64,000 nucleotides of DNA, taken from positions 124,001 through 188,000 of the IMG/VR virus record IMGVR_UViG_3300025141_000020, one strand, 5' to 3'. Below are positions 47,998 through 58,003 of this stretch, in pieces. The notes under the pieces were generated by a model, which was given only the letters and a program-made list of their open reading frames with translations, had not been told where the DNA came from and did not search any database. Position numbers and translations under genes: made by a program. Each line of letters starts with the position of its first letter. Within the stretch, counting starts at the first letter, position 1.

Positions 47998-49276
47998 ATT
48001 TTAATAGTTTTCCTAAACCAATAACCTTGGTTTCTAGTAATGTTCCCAAACCAACCGTAGTTATATTTTCTTGTAAAGTTATTTTACCATTACTATCTAT
48101 GGTGATGTTTTTAACTTCTTTAAATCTATATGACCCTCTATTATTTTCTGTGTTTAGTAAATACTTTCTTAAAACATCAATATGGTTTTCTTGTGTGTAA
48201 CCACCAGCGTTCTGTGACAATCTAAGATGTATTATAGGTAGTGTTAATTGTAATTTAATATCTCCAAACCTTGGAGATGTTAAAGCTGTCCCTTTAAAAA
48301 ATCCTAGGTAGTTTCCATTAGGGCTATACATAACTAAGTCACTCTCTTTACTAATATTACCTTCAGAGGCTCTATTTAAAGAGTACCTTCTATAATGTAA
48401 GATAGTTAAAGCTTTTGCTAAATCTTTAACTTCATCCGCTGTGGGTCCGTTTGGTGAATAAAATCCTTTTTCAGTACTTATTTTTGTGGTTGGTGGCGAC
48501 ATATTCACTATAGCGGCTATGGCATCCTGATATATAGAATTATATTTCTCTTCAAAAGATTTATAACTACTATTACCTGATTCTATTGCTTGTTTTCCTG
48601 TAATACAATTACCCCCACCTGTTTCGTGACAAGTATCCTTAATACAAAAACAAAATTTATTTACTAAGTCTAAAACTTTAACAAATCTACACCCATAATT
48701 AACTGTTGCTAATGGGTCATAGGGAGTATCAACATGTAAGGTAACATCCTCTGGTAGTCCTTCGGGATTTACCATACAACCTCTTATTTCTTCAACTGGT
48801 GCAACATCACCTTCTTCAATTTCCTCACACTCACACTTACTTTTAACCCATTTGAAGTCTTCTCCATTCGATATTAATGACTCACAATCTTCCTTTCTCT
48901 TATTATATTCTTTATCTCCTATTAACTCTTTACACGTTTTCTTTTTTACTACATTATCTTTACATGCTTGTTTTAGTGTTGTTATGTATGAACTAATATT
49001 GTGACCATCCCATACACGTCCCGTTACCGCTTTAACTAATGTATTGTAAATTAAACATAGGTCTGCAGCTTTTTCTTCACCCATCTTAGCCTTTTTAACC
49101 TTTTCTATTGCTTCATTAAAAGTATCACCTTTATCAAAATAATTACCGTCTTTTTGAATTGTTGCATGGTCACCAATGTCCGTTTTGGGTGCAATAGACT
49201 TAATACTCGCGTACGATTTATTAACCGCTTCCCCTTCTGGTGTACAACAACTTAATTCTCCTAACTTTGCTGCCAT
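47996..49276 (-). CDS. Cys-rich hypothetical protein
   Basis: 426-aa ORF directly downstream of the 49281 gene; multiple Cys clusters. Confidence 0.65.
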   Translation of the reverse strand: MAAKLGELSCCTPEGEAVNKSYASIKSIAPKTDIGDHATIQKDGNYFDKGDTFNEAIEKVKKAKMGEEKAADLCLIYNTLVKAVTGRVWDGHNISSYITTLKQACKDNVVKKKTCKELIGDKEYNKRKEDCESLISNGEDFKWVKSKCECEEIEEGDVAPVEEIRGCMVNPEGLPEDVTLHVDTPYDPLATVNYGCRFVKVLDLVNKFCFCIKDTCHETGGGNCITGKQAIESGNSSYKSFEEKYNSIYQDAIAAIVNMSPPTTKISTEKGFYSPNGPTADEVKDLAKALTILHYRRYSLNRASEGNISKESDLVMYSPNGNYLGFFKGTALTSPRFGDIKLQLTLPIIHLRLSQNAGGYTQENHIDVLRKYLLNTENNRGSYRFKEVKNITIDSNGKITLQENITTVGLGTLLETKVIGLGKLLK

Positions 49277-49280
49277 TATT

Positions 49281-51653
49281 TTATTTGGTGTTTAGTACAT
49301 TTATTAGACCTTCATATATGTTTGGGCTTGGGTTCCTTCCTTTTTCTTCTTTTTTATCTTCTTTTTTATCTTCTTCATTCCATTCGTTTATTTGGTCTCT
49401 AACAGCACCAAACCCTCCCTCCTGAAACGCTTTCGTAAGGTCTTTTATTATATTTGAGAATTCTAGCTGAATGTCTTTGATTGCTGCACCACTTCTCTTA
49501 CCTACATCCTCATGGTCAGGGTCTGTCGTAAAATAAACTTCGGGACATTTACCCCCTGTTTTATTACAACATTGTCCTTTGTTAAAGTCTTCAGAAGTTA
49601 GTCCGTTTAAAAACTCTTGGAAGTCGTTGGACCACTTATTAGTAGCGTCTCCTTCTGGTTTATAATCATTACACATTGCTAACCTAGATAGATTATCTGT
49701 ACTAATTAGAGCTTCTGGTTTGTAACGACCATATACTGTTTGACCACGTTCATTTTCTCTTGTTTCTGCGTATTCTGGCCAGAAGTCTGTCAACATTTTT
49801 GCTGCTTTATCCAGAGAATCATCGTCCGAGTCCGAACCAACTACCCACGACTTCTCCCCAATCCAATCCAACGCGTCACCTTTATCTGTTGTTACCAGAT
49901 TTATCAGCAAACCTATTAGTGGGATTTTCTTATTCATTAACCCTAAATCATCTATAAATTTAGTTTTTCCAATTTTATTATAAAAGAAAACTATTTGTGA
50001 CATTGCTAAAACTGTTGGTGCGGCATCTATAACCGCTTCAATACTCCAGTCATCCACACCAGTTATCCATTTAAGGAATGTGTTTGATTCAAATACCCAA
50101 GTATCACTATATCTTGCCATCTCACCTATAAGTTCCTTTCTAAAAGCTTCTCTATCTTTGTTTGGTATTCCAGCTATTGTTTTTTTGCCCGCGTCATCTT
50201 CTATCGCATATTTGTTAATTAATTCTGTCATGTCATCAGATTCATCAAAATCTCTAACAACCATATAACCTCTAAGGTAGACATGTAATTTGTCAGCTAG
50301 TGCTTCTGCTTCAGAGTCTGATAGTCCACCCAGTTGATAAATAGCGTCTTTATTCCCTTGGAATTTTTTATATAGTTGTTCGGTTGCACCAGCTATTGAT
50401 TTATTACTAGCTGTCAAGGTCATGAGTGATTGGATAAGTTGGTCTATAAGGACAGCTCCAGTTATCCCTAGTGCTGTATACATGAGCCCTTTTTTTGTTT
50501 TTGGGATAATTTTAAGTAAGGTACCTCCAACAGTAAATTTGTCTTTTAACATGTTTCTCAACATTGATATGAGGTCAGTGGTTGCGTTCTTTTCTCCACC
50601 TAACAGAGTTCTAAGTGCGGCATCGTCTAGTGTACCATTTTTAGCTGCTCTACGTGTTGCTGCATCAGAGTTTTTCCATATTAATTTAATAATGTTATCT
50701 TGTTGGTCGGACCTTGATAGTATCCCTATCAAATCATCAAGAACTTCAGGTGGTATCACTCTGTCTTTTTCAATTGCCCTACCTATAAGAGCTACTAGTT
50801 CATCTACCGACCTTGGTAACGTGTGAGTGGACTGACTTGCTAATTCCGTTAATTCTTTTTGTAATGATTTAAGGTTAGTAACTCCATTTGTTGGGTCATC
50901 TATCCAAGCCTTAAATACTTTTTGTTTAGTTCCACTAGCACCTGCTGATTTTGTTTTCCATATAAAGGCTTTCAAATCCTTAGTAAAAGTCTCTAACCAT
51001 GTGGTTGATTTAAGTGTAGTCAAGTCAACTGCTTCTTTTTCTGCCTTTTCAATTGCTTCTCTTTCTGCTTTCTCAATTGCTTCTCTTTCTGCTTTCTCAA
51101 TTGCTTCTCTTTCTGCTTTCTCAATTGCTTCTCTTTCTGCTTTCTCAATTGCTTCTTTTTCTAACTTTTCCGCAATTTCTTTTTGTACTTTTGCTTCCAA
51201 AAGTTTCATTTGTTTGCTGAATGAGGTAGCAAATCCATCTCCATTTTTTAAAAAATATGGCATCCAGGCTAAAAAATCATCTAACTGCTTTCCACTAAGA
51301 GACCCATCTGCCACCTTAGTCATTACCTTTTTTATAGTTGCCATGTCATAGAGTTCTCCGTTTCTACCAACTAAAGCTATAATAGTTTCTCCATCAGCAG
51401 CAAATTTAACATTAGCTTTTCTTGTCATTCTATCGAATACGTTAGCTACTGCTTGTGAACCTTCCTTTCCTACAAGTTTTATCATCCTGTCTGCTAATGC
51501 TTGTGAGATTTCTTTTCCTCCTTTTTTAGTGAATAGTTTTTGGAAAAATTTAACTATATCATCTCTTTGTTCTGTTATTAGGTTATTAGTAGGTTGTTTT
51601 AAGCCCATTATTTCGCGGGCTCTTTCTAATTCGTATATAATTTTTTTATTCAT
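49281..51653 (-). CDS. Large putative capsid-internal (ejection-type) protein with leader, EKAEREAI repeats and a hydrophobic segment
   Basis: Start MNKKIIYELERAREIMGL...LITEQ; central TM-like GLMYTALGITGAVLI. Confidence 0.55.
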   Translation of the reverse strand: MNKKIIYELERAREIMGLKQPTNNLITEQRDDIVKFFQKLFTKKGGKEISQALADRMIKLVGKEGSQAVANVFDRMTRKANVKFAADGETIIALVGRNGELYDMATIKKVMTKVADGSLSGKQLDDFLAWMPYFLKNGDGFATSFSKQMKLLEAKVQKEIAEKLEKEAIEKAEREAIEKAEREAIEKAEREAIEKAEREAIEKAEKEAVDLTTLKSTTWLETFTKDLKAFIWKTKSAGASGTKQKVFKAWIDDPTNGVTNLKSLQKELTELASQSTHTLPRSVDELVALIGRAIEKDRVIPPEVLDDLIGILSRSDQQDNIIKLIWKNSDAATRRAAKNGTLDDAALRTLLGGEKNATTDLISMLRNMLKDKFTVGGTLLKIIPKTKKGLMYTALGITGAVLIDQLIQSLMTLTASNKSIAGATEQLYKKFQGNKDAIYQLGGLSDSEAEALADKLHVYLRGYMVVRDFDESDDMTELINKYAIEDDAGKKTIAGIPNKDREAFRKELIGEMARYSDTWVFESNTFLKWITGVDDWSIEAVIDAAPTVLAMSQIVFFYNKIGKTKFIDDLGLMNKKIPLIGLLINLVTTDKGDALDWIGEKSWVVGSDSDDDSLDKAAKMLTDFWPEYAETRENERGQTVYGRYKPEALISTDNLSRLAMCNDYKPEGDATNKWSNDFQEFLNGLTSEDFNKGQCCNKTGGKCPEVYFTTDPDHEDVGKRSGAAIKDIQLEFSNIIKDLTKAFQEGGFGAVRDQINEWNEEDKKEDKKEEKGRNPSPNIYEGLINVLNTK
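51050..51145. repeat. 24-bp tandem repeat x4 exact, with degenerate flanks (encodes EKAEREAI)
   Basis: CAATTGCTTCTCTTTCTGCTTTCT at 51050, 51074, 51098, 51122. Confidence 0.97.
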
Positions 51654-51664
51654 AATTGTTTTTT

Positions 51665-52117
51665 TTACCATAGAGGGTTGGATTTACCTCTACTTGGTTG
51701 GTAGCTGTCTGCCCATTTACTATTTATTATTTGGTTTGCGCTGCCTCTGGTTATTCCACTTTCCCAAACACCGACTGATGCTGTACCAGCACCCGCTCCA
51801 TCATCAGATTCACCTGTTCCTGCCCCATCATCCTGCTCCATAAATTCTTCTGGGGCATAACTATCTTGTGGACCATCACTATAAAAATCATATGCTTGGT
51901 CTTCTTTAGAGTAGTTGGTTTCTGGTTCTGTAAACCCTTCTTCATCTAGTTCTGGTTCAGAACCTAAAGCTCCTTTACTAGTAAAGTTATATTCACTTGC
52001 ACCATCTGTATCCGCGTAACCACCTTGTAAGCCAGACATAATATCTTCATTTAATGGTTCACCATCAAACATTATTTCCTTAACTCTATTTATATTTTCT
52101 TGTAACGACTCACGCAT
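51665..52117 (-). CDS. Acidic late protein with EINR-type leader
   Basis: MRESLQENINRVKEIMFDGEPLNED; late motif at 52128; C-terminal WESG..RG.AN / W....RGK.NPLW. Confidence 0.6.
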   Translation of the reverse strand: MRESLQENINRVKEIMFDGEPLNEDIMSGLQGGYADTDGASEYNFTSKGALGSEPELDEEGFTEPETNYSKEDQAYDFYSDGPQDSYAPEEFMEQDDGAGTGESDDGAGAGTASVGVWESGITRGSANQIINSKWADSYQPSRGKSNPLW

Positions 52118-52144
52118 ATCTATACTATATAAATATAAATACCG

Positions 52145-52167
52145 AAAAAGGTGGAATAATCCACCTT
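52145..52167 (-). terminator. Rho-independent terminator
   Basis: AAGGTGGA-ATAA-TCCACCTT with a T5 tract on the minus strand. Confidence 0.7.
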
Positions 52168-52171
52168 CAAT

Positions 52172-52453
52172 TTAATAATCTAAAACTCCTTTATTTTGAT
52201 TAATGTATGTGATTAACCCTTCACTAAGTTGTGATTCATCTACATCATTTTTAATTGTGGTTACTTCCATGTCGTCATCACCATCGTTAAACCATTCTCT
52301 TTCATAAAAAAGGTCGCACAATTCTTCTAATTCTTCAAGTGGAATTTCTAACTCATACTCATCACAGATATCCTCATAACATAAGTTAAATTCTACAAAA
52401 ATTGTTCCTCTGTCCTTATATATAGAATAAGAATGTATTTCTTCAATTACCAT
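52172..52453 (-). CDS. Small acidic hypothetical protein
   Basis: Full 93-aa ORF co-oriented with the late genes. Confidence 0.6.
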   Translation of the reverse strand: MVIEEIHSYSIYKDRGTIFVEFNLCYEDICDEYELEIPLEELEELCDLFYEREWFNDGDDDMEVTTIKNDVDESQLSEGLITYINQNKGVLDY

Positions 52454-52495
52454 AATATCTTTTTTAGTTTAAATATATGGTATTAAAGTAAAGTG

Positions 52496-52912
52496 CTAAA
52501 GTCTACGGGATTTTAACCAAAATATTTCTCTTCCGGCTCTAGTTTCTAACGCTCTTAATTTTTGTTTAGACTTTTTCATATCTAAGTCTTTGTTGGTGTC
52601 TAAATCCAGCATTTGATATTCGTTAAATTCTAATATGTCCGCAAGTAATTCTTCAGTATATTGTACTCTGTCTTGTAATTGTTCTATTTGGTCTTGTTGT
52701 AAGCCCATAATCTCTTCTGGTGATAAGAGTTGTTCTAACTCGTCCTCAATACCACTGATATCATCTTCAGCGTCATAAACCTCCTCCCCTTCATCATTAA
52801 TCATATTAGCTCTATCTAAAACTCTAAGAACCTCATCTTCACCGGTCTCTTGTTCTAGTATGTTCTTAAGCACACCATCTAATTGTTCTTCGGAAATTTT
52901 AATTCTTTTCAT
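52496..52912 (-). CDS. Acidic late protein with ISExQL-type leader
   Basis: MKRIKISEEQLDGVLKNILEQ; late motif at 52925. Confidence 0.6.
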   Translation of the reverse strand: MKRIKISEEQLDGVLKNILEQETGEDEVLRVLDRANMINDEGEEVYDAEDDISGIEDELEQLLSPEEIMGLQQDQIEQLQDRVQYTEELLADILEFNEYQMLDLDTNKDLDMKKSKQKLRALETRAGREIFWLKSRRL

Positions 52913-52946
52913 CTTTGTTTTTATTATAAATATAACCTAATATTTA

Positions 52947-52977
52947 TTTGTCAATTAAATTATTTTTATTATCTTTG
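52947..52977 (+). promoter_or_regulatory. Bacteroidota-type promoter, 4 nt from ATG (leaderless)
   Basis: TTTG(52947)-N19-TATCTTTG(52970)-TAAT-ATG(52982). Confidence 0.8.
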
Positions 52978-52981
52978 TAAT

Positions 52982-53143
52982 ATGAAAGAAAAACTTAAAA
53001 CACATAAATTAGTGGGAATATCCGATGATAATCAGGAGAGACTTGTTAAAGCTGGTAAATTAGTGCAAAAAGGTTTAGCACAGAGAGCTTACTGGAGTAT
53101 GGACAAATCATACTACTGGGTTAAACGAGGAAATAAAATATAA
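52982..53143 (+). CDS. Small basic hypothetical protein (53 aa)
   Basis: True start probably ATG 52982 just after the promoter; the track's 52883 extension overlaps a late gene and the promoter. Confidence 0.6.
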   Translation: MKEKLKTHKLVGISDDNQERLVKAGKLVQKGLAQRAYWSMDKSYYWVKRGNKI

Positions 53144-53147
53144 TATT

Positions 53148-53327
53148 ATGACAAGTAATCAAGAAGATACCATGTATACCATCCACACCCAAGTGGAAGA
53201 ATTAAATATATCTAAAGAATTTCATATTCAGGTAGAAAAAATGTGTACCCAAGATAAACATAAATGGAAAGATATGTGTGAGAAATGGGAGTACGCATTT
53301 AATAAAATTAAAAATAAAGCAAAATAA
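53148..53327 (+). CDS. Small hypothetical protein (59 aa), not in ORF track
   Basis: ATG 53148 to TAA 53325-27, MTSNQEDTMYTIH...KIKNKAK; terminator follows immediately. Confidence 0.6.
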   Translation: MTSNQEDTMYTIHTQVEELNISKEFHIQVEKMCTQDKHKWKDMCEKWEYAFNKIKNKAK

Positions 53328-53357
53328 AAACCTTGGCCGTCACCAAGGTTTTTTTTT
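53326..53357 (+). terminator. Rho-independent terminator
   Basis: AAAAACCTTGG-CCGTCA-CCAAGGTTTTTTTTT. Confidence 0.85.
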
Positions 53358-53467
53358 GCAACACATAAGTTATCTAAAATCCGTTATTAGTTTCCATTTT
53401 TTGGTTGCGGGAAAAAACTTTCACTAATTGCAACCGTTTCAAATTACTTATCCTGTTATCCTGCTTT

Positions 53468-53893
53468 TTAGAATCTGTATGATAAACCAAGATTGAAAGT
53501 GCCCTCTCTTTCTTCGTTTTCATCTTCTTTTAATCCCATACTATAGTTTGGTTCAACATTAAGACCTTTCCACACATTGAAAGAATATCCGATTCCAACA
53601 GTTAAGTTGTCCATCATATCTTCTTGTGGTGCTTGTAAAGAAACATACGCATTGTTTTTCAAATTGTATCTTCCCCAGATGTCATAAATAGTTTCACCGT
53701 CTACGTCTTCACCATTTTGAATCAAGCCTACAGTCCATGTGTCGTTAACAGCGTAACCAAAACCAACGTTTTGAGTTAACTTGTCCATAGTTTCTTCTTG
53801 GTCTCCATCATAAGTTGTTACGACCGTAAAGTTCTGAGCTGAAGCAAATAATGTTGCGAATGCTATAGCGGATGTTAAAATTAATTTTTTCAT
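53468..53893 (-). CDS. Small outer-membrane beta-barrel protein (OmpA-TM/porin-like)
   Basis: Signal peptide ending FASA-Q; alternating amphipathic strands (VGFGYAV, VGIGYSF); C-terminal BAM-type LGLSYRF. Confidence 0.85.
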   Translation of the reverse strand: MKKLILTSAIAFATLFASAQNFTVVTTYDGDQEETMDKLTQNVGFGYAVNDTWTVGLIQNGEDVDGETIYDIWGRYNLKNNAYVSLQAPQEDMMDNLTVGIGYSFNVWKGLNVEPNYSMGLKEDENEEREGTFNLGLSYRF

Positions 53894-53977
53894 TTAAATA
53901 TTATTTTTTTTAACTTTTATATTTCTGATTTTTTTATATAGATGCTCAAAAATAAACATCTTCTTTTTACTGTTATG

Positions 53978-54202
53978 TTATTTCTTAACAAAGAATGAAG
54001 AAAGTAATACTAACACTACTAATCCTACGAATCCACCATTACCTAATGATGTGATAAGTGCTGTTAAGTTAGCTACTACATCCATTCCGAAAACTGAACC
54101 ACCTGTTAAGATGTACCATAAGATTGTTACTGGAAGAACTGCCATTAAGACTGTTCCTAATCCCCCAACAAATCCTGTAATTTGTTTAATTACGTTATCC
54201 AT
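53978..54202 (-). CDS. Small Gly-rich integral membrane protein
   Basis: 74 aa, almost entirely hydrophobic; upstream of the beta-barrel gene. Confidence 0.7.
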   Translation of the reverse strand: MDNVIKQITGFVGGLGTVLMAVLPVTILWYILTGGSVFGMDVVANLTALITSLGNGGFVGLVVLVLLSSFFVKK

Positions 54203-54453
54203 AATTTTTTCGTTTTTTTAAATGTTTATATCACATAAGTTCCGGTTAACTTAGTGATGGTTGTACCTTTTTAACCCATGTTTTTAAAGGTTCTTACAAT
54301 ACATAGGTTGTTTAATTAAAAAGTCAATAAAAGTTAAAAAATCTGTGTTTTTGGGGTAATATTGGGTATTATAATAGTAATTTGGTTTAGGTATTACGAT
54401 GTATCGTACTTGATTTTTACGCTTTTTTAGCTTATTTTTAGTAAAAATAGCTT

Positions 54454-55425
54454 ATGAAACTCAAAACATTAAAGGACCAGAACAAAAATTACAACCTATC
54501 TATCATAGATTTTATAAAACTTTTAGACCCTAGTAAGAATGGTAAATTTCTTAGAATTTTATTAAATGAATTAAAATTTTACGATAAAGCGGTGACTATA
54601 TCACAAGGTAGTGTGTGGGAACTAAGTCACCAAGTAGAGGTTACTCGAGGTGTAAATGAAGAGATAATAAACTTACTTATAGAGTGTTTAGGTGGTGTTG
54701 ATGTTATAAATGATTTAGAGAAATTTGAGGTGTTGTGTGATGAAAATTTGATTTCCGTTAAAGATGTTCAAGAATATAGGTCTTTGGGTGAAATATCTTT
54801 GGCGGTTATAGATGCTGAAGAAAAACGGTGTGGTGCTAAACCTAGAAAGGAAATTGTTTTAGAAAATTCCAATTATTTAATACTTAAACCTCTTAATGTA
54901 TTTGCTTCTAGAAAGTATGGGTCTTCTACAAAGTGGTGTACTTCTAGTAAAGAACCTAAAACTTTTTATGAGTACTCAACTAATGGTGTCTTACTTTATA
55001 TTATATCAAAACAAAATAATGTAAAATGGGCTGTATATTATGATATAAAAGCTAAAGAATTATCGTGGTGGGATTCTAAAGATGTTCTTACGGATGGTTA
55101 TCTAGTAGATTTACCAGAAGAACTAAAAAAAGATATATTACAATATATTTTAAATGAAAATAAATCAAATAGCTATTATTTTGATGAGGAAACTAGATTA
55201 CTTTCTGAACAAGTCTTTGTTGGTGTTGTTGATGTGGATGGCGACTATCAAGAGGTTTTAGCTACACCAGAACCATTTACTGGTATATGGCGTAATGGCA
55301 CTAATGGTCCTACCTGGAATCCTAATTACACCACTACAAATGATAAGATTGATGGGTTGGTTAATAAAACATTGGAGTATTACTATACTATAAATGCTTT
55401 AAAGAAGGGTGGGGAAGAGATGTAG
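54454..55425 (+). CDS. Hypothetical phage protein with KYGxxTKWC motif
   Basis: LILKPLNVFASRKYGSSTKWCTSS...LLYIISK; family not confidently named. Confidence 0.6.
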   Translation: MKLKTLKDQNKNYNLSIIDFIKLLDPSKNGKFLRILLNELKFYDKAVTISQGSVWELSHQVEVTRGVNEEIINLLIECLGGVDVINDLEKFEVLCDENLISVKDVQEYRSLGEISLAVIDAEEKRCGAKPRKEIVLENSNYLILKPLNVFASRKYGSSTKWCTSSKEPKTFYEYSTNGVLLYIISKQNNVKWAVYYDIKAKELSWWDSKDVLTDGYLVDLPEELKKDILQYILNENKSNSYYFDEETRLLSEQVFVGVVDVDGDYQEVLATPEPFTGIWRNGTNGPTWNPNYTTTNDKIDGLVNKTLEYYYTINALKKGGEEM

Positions 55426-55430
55426 TTATA

Positions 55431-55739
55431 TTAACTAATGTAATATTTTAATTTTTCTTCGTATAAGTATCCTGGTTGTACTCCCTGCATAGATTCTTGC
55501 ACTTCACCATTTTTGATTATCGTTACGTTTGGAATCCCTCTTATACCATATCTTGCGGCTAATGATTGCATTTTATCAACATTAACTTTTAATATGTTAT
55601 TTGGGTATTGTTCTTTTAATTTATCTATTGTTGGTGTTAACATCCTACATGGCCCACACCATGGAGCCCAGAAATCTACTAACACAACTTCTTCACTTTT
55701 TAGTTTTTGGTCAAAAACCTGTTCACTAATTATATCCAT
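55431..55739 (-). CDS. trxA: Thioredoxin
   Basis: VLVDFWAPWCGPCRML, KVNVD, YGIRGIP. Confidence 0.97.
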   Translation of the reverse strand: MDIISEQVFDQKLKSEEVVLVDFWAPWCGPCRMLTPTIDKLKEQYPNNILKVNVDKMQSLAARYGIRGIPNVTIIKNGEVQESMQGVQPGYLYEEKLKYYIS

Positions 55740-55797
55740 TTGTTTTATTTTATATTAAAAATACTTATTTTATTCATATAATAAATAGTCATAATAT

Positions 55798-55828
55798 TTT
55801 GTTATGTCAACCCATTTAGTTATCTTTG
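55798..55828 (+). promoter_or_regulatory. Bacteroidota-type promoter
   Basis: TTTG(55798)-N19-TATCTTTG(55821). Confidence 0.8.
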
Positions 55829-55921
55829 TACTGTAAATAACTCTTATGATTGTAACAACAAAGATAGATTTTACGTATATAATAATACCAACTAAATGTA
55901 TGGTCTAACAAATAAAATTAA

Positions 55922-56398
55922 ATGAAAAAATTAACCACAATATTATTATTACTCCTTTCCATAATTTCTTATGGACAAAATAATGTAGATATGCAAGCGT
56001 TTAATAAAATAAATGAATATCGTATATCCAATGGGGTGTCTGCTATTGTCCTTGACAGTACTATATGGAAAGGGGTGAATTATCATAGTAACTATCTAAT
56101 AGATAATGGTTATCCGTATAATTACCCATTAGATAATCCTCATGATGAACTGATTTTAGCTCGTCCTTCTGACAGATTATTTCAATATAATTTCGTTATG
56201 AATGGAGTTATTAGAGAGTGTATTACGGTATTTACCTGTGTTCCGGATATGGAATTAACAACGGATTGGGTTATTAAGAACTTTGATAAGTCCACTCCTC
56301 ACAAAGAAGCTGTTTTAGACCCTAGGGTAATTAGGGGTGCAATTTCCTTAACTTTTTCTGGTGATTTATGTTATGCTACATTAATTGTAGCAGAATAA
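55922..56398 (+). CDS. Secreted CAP (SCP/CRISP) domain protein, paralog 1
   Basis: Signal peptide ...SYG-Q; INEYRISNG, HSNY, H....RL, E, STPHKEAVL. Confidence 0.75.
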   Translation: MKKLTTILLLLLSIISYGQNNVDMQAFNKINEYRISNGVSAIVLDSTIWKGVNYHSNYLIDNGYPYNYPLDNPHDELILARPSDRLFQYNFVMNGVIRECITVFTCVPDMELTTDWVIKNFDKSTPHKEAVLDPRVIRGAISLTFSGDLCYATLIVAE

Positions 56399-56401
56399 TA
56401 T

Positions 56402-57988
56402 CTATTTAGCAGCTGTTTTAGTAGTAATAGGGATACCACATTTATTTAATGTTAATAGTTTTGTGTTGGCTAAATCCCCTCTTTTCATTTTAATAGTAGG
56501 TTGTCCATCATAAACTTCCCCATTATAATTTTCTATAGTAACCCATGGAACATCACTATGACTACCCGAAAACCCTAAATTTAAATTTACATCCCCGTAA
56601 AATGCACAAGTATTATTAAAATTCGGAGGGGCAAACCCGGAAGGAGCGGGTGATACACCAAAACAAGGAGGTACTGATTCACCGGCGGACCCTACTTTTT
56701 TCATTACGACTAAAGCTTGCATTGAAAGTATTATCTCGTCCTCTGTTTCTGCCATTATTTGTGTAGCTTGTTCTGGGGTAACAGTAAATGTTACAGCTCT
56801 ACTACCACCAAATTTACCATCATCTATACCGTCCCTATCTCTTGCGGCATATGTTGAAGCTAACATTTGTCTTGGTTTTAGGTCAAACTGATTTCTCCAA
56901 TCAGGTATTTCTCCAATCATTTTTTCTCCCTCTTCATTAGTAAACTCCATAGGTTCTTGTGGACCATAACGTATTGCCTTTCTTAACATTTTTCCTATGT
57001 CACTTTTCTTTAATACATATCCATTCTTGAGTTCAGTTCCAACATCATTTGCTGTTACGTATGCCGCAGGAAGGTCATAATATGGTATGGAATTAGCTGC
57101 TTCAGGGGTAAATACATCTAAAGCCCCATTATTTAGGTTTGCTATTCCTAAACTAACACCATTCATTTTAACATCAAAAATTGCTTCATCACAAAAATGA
57201 TTATGTTGTCCTTTATTGGTATAGTATCCGATAGTACATTTTAGGTGTACTAAGCAGTCTTCTTCAACTTCATAGATTTTTTCAATAAAAGAGAATACTA
57301 AAGTGATTATTAAAGCTTGTCCTTTTTTAGGTGCTTTAGAGTCTTCATTGTTATCATCTGTAGCTCCTCCAGTATCAATAATAAAACCTTCTGGATTTGT
57401 AGATAATTTACTAACATCTATTTTTTCCTCTTTAAACAATGGTATTATTGCCTCGATAAATCTCTTAGCTCTCCTAGTAGCTAAATCTTTGTTAGCTTCT
57501 ATATTTTCACTTTTTTCGGTAAAAAAAGTTCCTGGGTATGAGCCTGCTTTTTTTAATTCTAACCATTTTTTCCAATCACCTTTATAACCATCTTTCGCCG
57601 CTAATTCTTCCCATCTTTCATCAGTAACCTCCACTAGTTTTTTATTGTCCTCACCTACGAAATCATTTCCTATTTCTGGTATCATAGGTTTCCTCCAGTA
57701 ATTACTTGCTCCCGCTTTAACGTCAATAGAGTCTAACTGTAATTTACCGGCTTTTAGTAGGGCTGCGTGTTGGGTGTTACTATTAATTTCTTTGATAATA
57801 CCTGCGACTACAGTGTTTATGAATGGTGAAGGGTCGTCCACACCTGTTGGGTAATTATATTCATACCTTAAGGGTATTTCTATATCTATATCGGAGACTA
57901 GTTTTCTTATATAAACCATTTCTTGTTCTCTAATAAGACCCATAATCTCTCTAGCTCTGTTAACCTCAGATAAAATATTCTTTTTCAT
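56402..57988 (-). CDS. Late protein with EINR-type leader and OmpA_C-like domain
   Basis: MKKNILSEVNRAREIMGLIREQ; late motif at 57993; AGASN...ANKDLATRRA. Confidence 0.55.
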   Translation of the reverse strand: MKKNILSEVNRAREIMGLIREQEMVYIRKLVSDIDIEIPLRYEYNYPTGVDDPSPFINTVVAGIIKEINSNTQHAALLKAGKLQLDSIDVKAGASNYWRKPMIPEIGNDFVGEDNKKLVEVTDERWEELAAKDGYKGDWKKWLELKKAGSYPGTFFTEKSENIEANKDLATRRAKRFIEAIIPLFKEEKIDVSKLSTNPEGFIIDTGGATDDNNEDSKAPKKGQALIITLVFSFIEKIYEVEEDCLVHLKCTIGYYTNKGQHNHFCDEAIFDVKMNGVSLGIANLNNGALDVFTPEAANSIPYYDLPAAYVTANDVGTELKNGYVLKKSDIGKMLRKAIRYGPQEPMEFTNEEGEKMIGEIPDWRNQFDLKPRQMLASTYAARDRDGIDDGKFGGSRAVTFTVTPEQATQIMAETEDEIILSMQALVVMKKVGSAGESVPPCFGVSPAPSGFAPPNFNNTCAFYGDVNLNLGFSGSHSDVPWVTIENYNGEVYDGQPTIKMKRGDLANTKLLTLNKCGIPITTKTAAK

Positions 57989-58003
57989 ATATTATAAATA
58001 GTA

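Noticed and set aside
36408-51145. Tandem repeats as possible CRISPR arrays
   Set aside because: The 21-bp and 24-bp units are contiguous, have no spacers, are multiples of 3 and lie inside CDSs. No cas genes are seen.
54230-54258. Bulged hairpin ATCAC-A-TAAGTT/AACTTA-GTGAT upstream of the small membrane gene, as a possible riboswitch
   Set aside because: Single AT-rich stem with no recognisable aptamer consensus; no covariation data.
55846-55908. 20-codon upstream ORF (MIVTTKIDFTYIIIPTKCMV) before CAP paralog 1
   Set aside because: No attenuator hairpin or telling codon run; short ORFs arise easily by chance. It cannot be supported without Ribo-seq.
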